Below are positions 55,450 through 64,000 of a DNA stretch of 64,000 bases, one piece after another. Position 1 is the stretch's first letter. Every line of letters begins with the position of its first letter. The notes under the pieces were generated by a model, which did no database searches, was not told the DNA's origin, and worked only from the letters and a program-made list of their open reading frames with translations. The translations under genes and the position numbers were made by a program. Source of the DNA: Octopus vulgaris (taxonomy: Eukaryota); contig OX597828.1 in NCBI GenBank assembly GCA_951406725.2, forward strand, positions 35,092,001 through 35,156,000. The letters run 5' to 3'.

Positions 55450-55810
55450 CATATTGTATAATTATAAACAGGGCAAATTTTAGCCATTTCTCTGCAGACT
55501 GAAAAAATGATGAACAACCTTAATCAATTTTCGAACCTTATTAGTTTCTCTTCAGAGGCGTCTACAGCATTCGGACATATATATCATATCATGTTGCCTG
55601 GTCTTTTAGCTGGCAGTATATTTCAGCAGACGGGTAAAGAAACCATCAACTGTACATAAAGACCTCATCAAATGGTGGTGCTCCAGCATGACCACAGCCG
55701 CATAGCTGAAACGAGTAAAAGAGAGTATATATTCGACGAGATTTTGCACCCTGTCAGTGAATGTGCCGTTGTGAGTCTTAAACTAAATTTAAAATAACAA
55801 ACTCAACATA

Positions 55811-56220
55811 GGTACAGGAGTGGCTGTGTGGTAAGTAACTTGCTAACCAACCACATGGTTCCGGGTTCAGTCCCACTGCGTGGCATCTTGGGCAAGTGTC
55901 TTCTGCTATAGTCCCGGGCCGACCAATGCCTTGTGAGTGGATTTGGTAGACGGAAACTGAAAGAAGCCCGTCGTATATATGTATATATATGTATATGTGT
56001 GTGTGTGTGTTTGTGTGTTTGTGTTTGTCCCCCTAGCATTGCTTGACAACTGATGCTGGTGTGTTTACGTCCCCGTCAACCAGCGGTTCGGCAAAAGAGA
56101 CCGATAGAATAAGTACTGGGCTTACAAAGAATAATTCCCGGGGTCGATTTGCTCGACTAAAGGCGGTGCTCCAGCATGGCCGCAGTCAACTGACTGAAAC
56201 ATGTAAAAGAGAGTAAGAGT
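55811..56220 (+). mobile_element. SINE A, full length
   Basis: All family A modules present. Confidence 0.93.
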
Positions 56221-56668
56221 AACACAGAAATGCACCAACGAGACAGGGTTACTGCTGGTAGCATTTTTTTCTAAAAGCTAAGCATCTTTACGTTCGCTGA
56301 ACCGTGATAAATTGAATGAAGTTTATAAACCAGAGACACTGCGTGAGGGAAACGTTTTTAGTGGGATAAGCGGTAACACTCCATCACTCCGCACAAGAGA
56401 AAGAAAAAAAAATGAAGAGCAAAAAAACATAACAGAAAAAAAAAATACAAAGATAAAATGTCGATAGTCAGATATGTTATCCATTTTAGCAAAGAGAGAA
56501 AAAAAAATCCCATTAATAACTGTTTTGTTTTTCTTATGAAGGAATGTAGACAACATAGTAAAACTTGTAAACAAATAATGCAATTCAAGTCTTGGCAGCA
56601 TCGTTTCATTGCGAAACTATAGGAAGCCATGGTTTGCTTTTTCTGCTCGGTGGAGGTTGTATGTGTGT

Positions 56669-56721
<53 letters not shown>

Positions 56722-57879
56722 TATAACCGATGCGTTTGAGGGTGAAGCTTTCCAGGTGTTGCCGGTTTTTCGCTAGATATTTAATGATAAATGGTGAGAA
56801 AGGGTATCGTTTCGTACCCAGTGTGTTTTTGATATTAACACTCTGGCAACTTGACCTAAATTTTCCAGAGTAATTTTATGTATTCCATCATTTTTTTTTT
56901 AGGGGCATTTCATGTGTTTTAATAGTTTATAATCATAACTGATAAATCTATTTCGAAAATACGTTTGTGTTAAGTATTATTCTTTTATTCTCGTTTTTTT
57001 TTTTTTTTTTTTTTTTTCAGCATCTTTAATGTGGAATTTTGATGTTCCATTATCTTTTCCAATATTTTCTAGCGTTGGTAAGGGTATTATGGGTATCACA
57101 ATCAGGGCATAGATTTCTTTCATGTGTTGGTTAACACTGCTTTATGTTCTAAGTTTAAATCTCATCAGAATGATGAGGAGAGAAGGGCGGCTTTATTTTT
57201 CCCTTTTTACTTTTTTCCTAAGCTCTATAAAACAAAGGGCGTGTTTTTCTGAAGATCAAATATATCACATGACCACGTACAGACTTTATCATTGGCTCAC
57301 GTCGTTCGTTAATATCAATATATAGTAACATATTGAAGGATCTACGTTCGGTGGTCAGATCTCATTTTGGTCAACTTTGCGCTTAATCCCATCACCCGGC
57401 GGGGTGGTCGATATAAAAATAAATCTATACCGGTAATATAATGCAAATCGATCCGATCGATTATACCCCACCCCTTTCTCTTTCTTAGATTGTGTCAAGA
57501 AACGAAGTGTAAGTGGTGCTTTCCCTGCAAACCAGTCCACATGTCATGATTTCGACAACCAATGAACACCACCTCATCACTCTTAGTCTTTAACACCACT
57601 AACTCCCCGCCTACACTAAAAATATACGACTTTTATAACAAGTGACAAAGAAACTAAAGCTTTCTAGTTGCCATTTACCAGAGATGTTTGAGTGTTGTAT
57701 AAAATGCTACGCATTATTTTGCGACTCTCTACAGTCTGAGTTCAAATCCCATCCCGGAGAGAACTTTACTTTTTATCCTTTTTGGGACGATGGAAAAAGT
57801 ACCAATCGTAGTAGTGGGTTAATAGGAATGCTAGAAGGTTGAGCAAGGCGTTTTGAGGTATTTGTTCCGGTTGTTTGCG

Positions 57880-58110
57880 TTCTGTGAGCAACACGTGCAA
57901 TGATACCGGTACCAAGATGTTTCGGCCCAAATCGGCAGTCTTACTTTTCGTTAAACATTGGTGGGCTGGAGAAAGGAGTCTTGCATTCATGGGAAATTGT
58001 CACTCTTCCTCAAAAGATCTTACCCTGCCCTGCACATACAAATACAGCTGCATGCTCAATCTTGATTACTAGAGTATCTCCCTTACAACATATTACTGAA
58101 ATGTTTAAAC
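57880..58110 (+). pseudogene. Decayed Penelope-like RT-endonuclease linker fragment
   Basis: FGPNRQSYFSLNIG and, frameshifted, YKYSCMLNL resemble the Penelope WF.PP.S..TNIG and SYSCMPN motifs. Confidence 0.45.
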
Positions 58111-58158
58111 ACATATTGAACTATATAAAGTAATATAATAGTTATCTTATTTTAAATT

Positions 58159-58227
58159 TCCGACGTCATAAATATCTGAGGTCGTAAATATCTGATGTAA
58201 ATATCTTATGTCGTAAATATCCGATGT
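58159..58227. repeat. Short 16-bp tandem repeat (GATGTCGTAAATATCT-like), about 4 units
   Basis: TAAATATC recurs four times. Confidence 0.75.
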
Positions 58228-58244
58228 TATTATAAATTCATCTT

Positions 58245-58700
58245 GAGGCGGCGAGCGGGAAGAATCGTTACTGTACTGTGCAAAACGCTAAGTGGTATTT
58301 CTTCTAGGTTTACGTTCTGAGACCAAATACCGACGAGGTCGATTTTGACTTTCATCCTTTCGACGTTGATCAAATAAGTACCAGTCGAGCAAAGGGGTCT
58401 ATGTACTCGACTTATCCTCCCCCTAAAATTTCTGGCCTTGGGCCAAAATTTGAAATCATTATAAATTAGTCTTGAGGCGACGAGAAGGCAGAATCGTTGC
58501 CGCACCGGCCAAAATGCTTAACGGCATTTCTTCCGGTTGTGTACGGTTCGGTATGTTCTGAGTTCAAAAACTGGCGAATTCCACTCTGCCTTTTACCCTA
58601 TAGGGGTCGATGAAATAAACTGCCAGTTCAGTACAAATGTTGTTGTTTATCAACTAACCCCTTATTGCAGAACTTGTGCCAAATTTAGAATGGATTATAA
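58245..58700 (+). mobile_element. Two tandem degenerate SINE B copies (58245-58460, 58475-58700)
   Basis: Both start TCTTGAGGCG.CGAG and end near ATTATAAAT. Confidence 0.8.
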
Positions 58701-58762
58701 ATCCGTCTTGCCGGGATGATACCAAAATCATCAAGACGGAGACAACTTTTTAAGGTTTACGT

Positions 58763-59185
58763 TACTCTTTTACTCTTTTACTTGTTTCAGTCATTTGACT
58801 GCGGTCATGCTGGAACACCACCTTTAGTCGAATAAAATCGACCCCAGGACTTAATCTTTGGATGCCTACTACTTATTCTATCGGTCTCTTTTAGCCGAAC
58901 CGCTAAGTGACGGGGACGTAAACACACCACCATCGGTTGTCAAGCGATGCTTGGGCTGGGGGGGACAAACACAGACACAAACAACAAACACATACATACA
59001 TATATATATACATATAGATATGTATATATACGACGGGCTTCTTTCAGTTTCCGTCCACCAAATCCGCTCACAAGGCTTTGGTCGGCCTGAGGCTATAGCA
59101 GAAGACACTTGCCCAAGGCGCCACGCAGTGGGACTGAACCCGGAACCATGTGGTTGGGAAGCAAGCTACTTACCACACAGCCACT
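58763..59185 (-). mobile_element. SINE A, near full length
   Basis: Reverse complement of family A. Confidence 0.92.
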
Positions 59186-59386
59186 GGAATCCGAAAATAA
59201 TTCGAGGATCAAAACTCACAGAAGAAAAATAAAATAATACGAAATAAAAGGAAAGCAATGCATGAAAATATATAATTTTTAAAATAATGGGAGAGAAAAC
59301 GTGAACCAATGACTGGGGCTACCACACGAAAATCGGTTCATATTTTAATGTGCGTGCGAAGTGTGTGTGTATACACATACGCACAG

Positions 59387-59455
<69 letters not shown>

Positions 59456-59885
59456 ATATCTATTAATTACGGTTGCATATCGTCTACAGAGTGATTGCTT
59501 TCGATGGCCTGTATGGCTTGATGAGCTTAATATCCCGGGGATACTTTGTCATTAAATTTTAATTACTATAATTGCTAAGAAACATTCCTCATTTCCGGTT
59601 TAATACATTCCATTTTAACACCTCACCGCCCCTCCCACCCCCACCACCTTCACCACCCAAAAAAGCAAAAAAAAAAAACATGGTTCTATGGTTAAATAGC
59701 CGACACTATACGAGGGGCCTCGAACAAGGGCTTTTAACACAGCAACAATAACGACAACAATAAAAGAGGAGTCAATGCAACTCTATTTCTTTACCATCCC
59801 ACTTTATGTCACGTGACATCGTCTCCATTGTTTCGGTGGAAAGCCAGAGAAAATGCCTTCCGGTGCTTAATTACAAGGTTTTCAC

Positions 59886-59959
<74 letters not shown>

Positions 59960-60519
59960 CGAAAGAGAAGCTCTCTCTCTCTCTCTCTCATTCTTTCTCT
60001 CTCTCACTCATTTTCTCTCTTTCATTCTTTCTCTCTTTCTCTTTCATTCTCTCTCTCATTCTTGCTCTCTCTCATTCTCTCTCCCATTCTTTCTTTCTTT
60101 CTTTTTCTCTCTCTTTCATTCTCCCTCTCATTCTTTTTCTCTCTCATTCTTTCTCTTTCATTCTCTCATTCTTTTTCTCTCTCATTCTTTCTCTCTTTCT
60201 CTTTCATTCTCTCATTCTTTTTCTCTCTCATTCTCTCTCATTCTTTCTTTCTTTTTCTTTTCTCTCTCTCTCTCTCTTTCTTTCATTCTACCTCTCATTC
60301 TTTCTCACTCTCATTCGTTCTCTTCTTCATTCGTTCTCTCTCATTCTTTCTCTCTCAATCATTCTTCCTCTCTCTCTCATTCTCTCTCTCCATCTCTCTT
60401 TTCCCCTCTCTCTCTCTCTCTCCCTTCCTCTTTCCTTGGGACATTCCCACAAGATGACATTGGTGGTGATTATGATGTTTATGATGATGTCCACAATCAT
60501 CGCCGCCCTCTTGCGAATC

Positions 60520-60745
60520 CTTTCTAATATATACACAAGGCCTGAAATTAGGGAGAGGGCACAGCCGATTACATCGACCCCAGTACTAAATTAATGTGGT
60601 TGAGAAGCTTACTTTCCAACCATGTGGTTCTGAGTTCAGTCCTGCTGCGTGGCACCTCAGGCAAGTATTTTCTACTCTGACCTTGAATCAACCAATACTT
60701 CGTGAGTGAATTTGGTAGACGGAAACTGAAAGAAACTCGTCGTAC
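60520..60745. mobile_element. SINE B tail fragment (minus, 60520-60590) abutting a SINE A 5' half (plus, 60595-60745)
   Basis: Family motifs are recognisable in both parts. Confidence 0.7.
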
Positions 60746-60809
60746 AAATACGCACGCGCACACACACACACACATCCACACACACACACACACTCTCATG
60801 CACACATAT

Positions 60810-61051
60810 AATAGCTGAAGGATTAAAATTAATTACAGGACATACTAAGTATGTCTACCTGCTGGAAACAACAGTTAGAACTCTTATTTAAATCGCCGAA
60901 AAAGACACTGATAATAACTACGCCCGCAGACGGTTGATTTCTGTAGTTATTACCAATGTCTTCTTCGATTTAAAAAAGTGTTTTGACTGTTATTTCCAGC
61001 AGGTAGACATACTTAGTATGTCCTTTGATTAATTTTAATCCTTCAGCTATT
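60810..61051. repeat. Long inverted repeat (foldback / hairpin MITE), arms about 110 bp
   Basis: AATAGCTGAAGGATTAAAATTAAT..AGGACATACTAAGTATGTCTACCTGCTGGAAA is mirrored on the right arm; spacer about 20 bp. Confidence 0.9.
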
Positions 61052-61437
61052 GAATGCCTTTTTGGGCCTGTAATCGCCTATATTATCATTTATAGATTGT
61101 TACACTAGATAATAATAGAGTCAATAATGTCTTCGCAAATATTTTTTCCTGAATTATTTGCTCCGAATATATATCGTTTTTCTGTCCCAGTTTCGTATAC
61201 ATTCGATCCTTCTTCCAAGAAATCTAATGCTCGTAGATTAGTTTTTCCTCGGGGCTGGCCGGATCGGAGCGATCTCAAGATTAATCAGCCGAAATTGCTA
61301 CGATGATCCGGTTCTTGACTGAAGATTGAAGGCTTCGAATGTCCCGTCCGTTTTTTGTATCGTCTTCTAAATGTTTTACGTTCTTGTCCCAGTTTGTATT
61401 TTTCTACATAAAATAATATATATATATATATATATAT

Positions 61438-61474
<37 letters not shown>

Positions 61475-61613
61475 AAGAGAGAGAGAGAGAACAAATCGGC
61501 ATAAGTACTTTTTTTTTTTTAATTTTGTATTTTTGCCAATCCCCTGAGATACGGTGGCATAAACATACCAATACCTGTTTTCAAATAATGGTGTAACAAA
61601 GACAAACACAAAG

Positions 61614-61659
<46 letters not shown>

Positions 61660-61709
61660 TACGACGGGCTTCCATGCAGTTTCCATTTACCAAATTCCCT
61701 TGCAAGATA

Positions 61710-62269
61710 CGAGGTGACCCTTAAAAACAAAACCCACACATCTTTGAAAAAAACGACGCAGAGGCATAGATCGAGATGAACCGTGGTTCCAGCAAGATGG
61801 GCCACCATCCCACCCACGCATCAGATGACTCCTTAGCCAGGCTGAGCAAGGGATTTCATGAGAGACTGACCAGTAGGAAGTGTGACGTTGAGTGGGCACC
61901 ACATTCACCTGGCTTGCACCCACCAGATTTTTATCTGTGGAATTATCTCAAGGATAATGTTTACCAGAACAACCAGCAACCGATTAGGGAACTGAATGCA
62001 GCAATCACAGCAAAAATCAGGGAAATCCCCAAAGAGGAATGTGTTCCAGTAATTGACAATTTTGCGCGACCTATGCAAGTGTTTGCACGGCGTATGCCAT
62101 TTGGAGCATATTTTGAAAAGAACATGACTTTTATGCAAAGAGAATGATTGTGCACAGACAGAAGTTTAAGTCCAGTAAATTTCTTGAAATTTGCTGACCT
62201 TTGTAAGATTTAGTAAAATTTTTATGGGCTCTGTTTTTTTCTTTTTCTTTTTTTTTTTTTGTCACCCTG
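61710..62269 (+). mobile_element. Internally deleted Tc1/mariner element, DD41D (rosa/Visitor)-like
   Basis: TA-flanked ends CGAGGTGAC / GTCACCCTG; translation WFQQDG..(frameshift)..WAPHSPGLHPPDFYLWNYLKDNVY; 127 nt between the second and third catalytic Asp codons (41 codons + 4 nt). Lies next to a degenerate SINE A (61495-61705, minus). Confidence 0.85.
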
Positions 62270-62574
62270 TATTTATTAGTCCAATCTTTTCTTTAAAAGA
62301 AAATAAAACAGACGTGCAAGGTTTTTAAGAAAATTCAACTGCTATTTCTAGCAAGTCTAGAGATCACATTGAAGCTCCCTCATGGACTCCAACTTACGCG
62401 CAACAGAGTAATAATGTATTAAATAAATAAATAAATAAATACATGACGTGAAGCGGTTACAATGAAAGATTTAACCCACGACACTATCGACTGCATTGGC
62501 CTTCAGCTGTAGACAAGAGTTGCTTTAGAAAAACAAACAAAATTATTATTGAAGTACATGAGGAAGACTCCTCA

Positions 62575-62880
62575 TCTGGGTTGCCATGTGCCGTGACACC
62601 TTCTCTAGTGGCAACCTAGTGCGTTCATCTGCCAGCCTATGCTTCGTTGCTTATCAGACCGAGGAGGGCAAACTGTCGAAGTATCGGCCGCTTTCTCGGA
62701 GATTCGTGCTCGAGGCTGTGGCAGTGGAGACCTCAGGCCGTCTCGGGCCCCAGACCACATCCCTATTCACCATTATCGTAGTAGAGATGGCTGTCCGCAA
62801 ATGCGAGCCCCATTGGGACACAGTCACTGTTCTAGCGCATCTCCCTCATTATCCACCAGGACAGAGGTTCTCAAACTATT
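62575..62880 (+). mobile_element. CRE-like non-LTR retrotransposon RLE remnant
   Basis: WVAMCRDTF..EEGKLSKY..AVAVETSGRLGP matches the W-D-x-T-C-x-DT..K..KY..AVET.G motif set. Confidence 0.75.
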
Positions 62881-62888
62881 TGGGCCAC

Positions 62889-63119
62889 TATTTCTTTACT
62901 ACCCACAAGGGGATAAACACAGAGAGGACAAACAAGGATAGACAAGCAGATTAAGTCGATTATATCGACCCTAGTGCGTAACTGGTACTTATTTAATCGA
63001 CCCTGAAAGGATGAAAGGCAAAGTCGACCTCTGCGGAATTTGAACTCAGAACGTAGCGGCAGACGAAATACCGCTAAGCATTTCACCCGGCATACTAACG
63101 GTTCTGCCAGCTCACCGCC
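62889..63119 (-). mobile_element. Young SINE B
   Basis: Full-length reverse complement with GAAATA tail. Confidence 0.92.
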
Positions 63120-64000
63120 TTGTTGCTAAAGATAATATATCATGAATATTGTTGCGATGTGTAGGGGATCCTCCGTTAATATCGACGAAGAGCATTTGGA
63201 GGTTCTACTCATCGACTCCTTTACTCGTGAAATTATCATGAAAGATATTTGAGTATTCCGCAAACAAGAATACAATGAACGTAATTCTTCGGCCAAATCA
63301 GCTGGACTCCATTTGACAAGACTATTCCTGCAATGAAGGTGCGTGGCTCAGTGGTTAAGGTATTTGACCCATGATCGTAAAGATGGAAGTTCGATTCCCG
63401 GCGGCGCTGGGTTTCCTTGAGGGCAGACACTTTATTTCACTTCGCTCCAGTTCACGCAGCTGGCGACAATGAGTTGTTCCCGTAAGTAAAAAAAAGGCCA
63501 GCCTTATCATTTTGTGTCACGCTGAATCTCCCCGAGAACTACGTTAATGGTACACATGTCTGTGGGGTACTCAGCCACTTACACGTTAAATTCACGAGCA
63601 GGCTGTTCCGTTGACCGTATCAACTGGAACCCCTGTCGTCGTAACCGACGGAGTGCCAGCTTATATTCCAGAAAGAGAGAGACAGACAGAGACAGAGGGA
63701 GAGTAGAAAATGAGAGAGAAAACAAAAAATACCCCCAAATACTAGACTGATATTTAGTTATCGACTACGCACACACAAAAAAAAAAGTAAGACGTAACTA
63801 AAGAGGGTCTCCGCAGAATTAGAACTTGAGACATCCAGAACGAATGCTACATAAAATTCTATCCGATGCTCTAGCGATTCTGCCAAATCTGATGCCTCGT
63901 GTTAGGACGCGCCAAGTTATAAGAAAATGAAATTTAATCAACCAGTAATATCTACAAAGCCGGAAAATTTCCCAAACAATTTTAACATTTTACGTTCCTC

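Overview
AT-rich eukaryotic DNA saturated with microsatellites. The repeat families and the 5S-like sequence look cephalopod (Octopus-like); this is recognised from memory, not from a search. I found no confidently identifiable host protein-coding gene, and nearly all listed ORFs are microsatellite translations. The window holds: three tRNA-headed SINE families (called A, B and C here, about 40 copies or fragments); 3' remnants of several restriction-like-endonuclease non-LTR clades (R4/Dong-, Hero- and CRE-like); Penelope-like remnants with minimal hammerhead-like motifs; a decayed Tigger/pogo transposase split by two inverted SINEs; a DD41D-type mariner remnant; and several MITEs or foldback elements. 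The most notable observations are: (1) SINE-B repeatedly joins its 3' tail to one fixed internal site (GGTATTTC) of another SINE-B; (2) one such event is a 5S rRNA-oligoA-SINE chimera bracketed by a 14-bp target-site duplication, with an empty-site paralogue next door; (3) a 27-bp minisatellite is built from RFX X-box-like palindromes. Coordinates were counted by hand, so the ends of degenerate elements are approximate.
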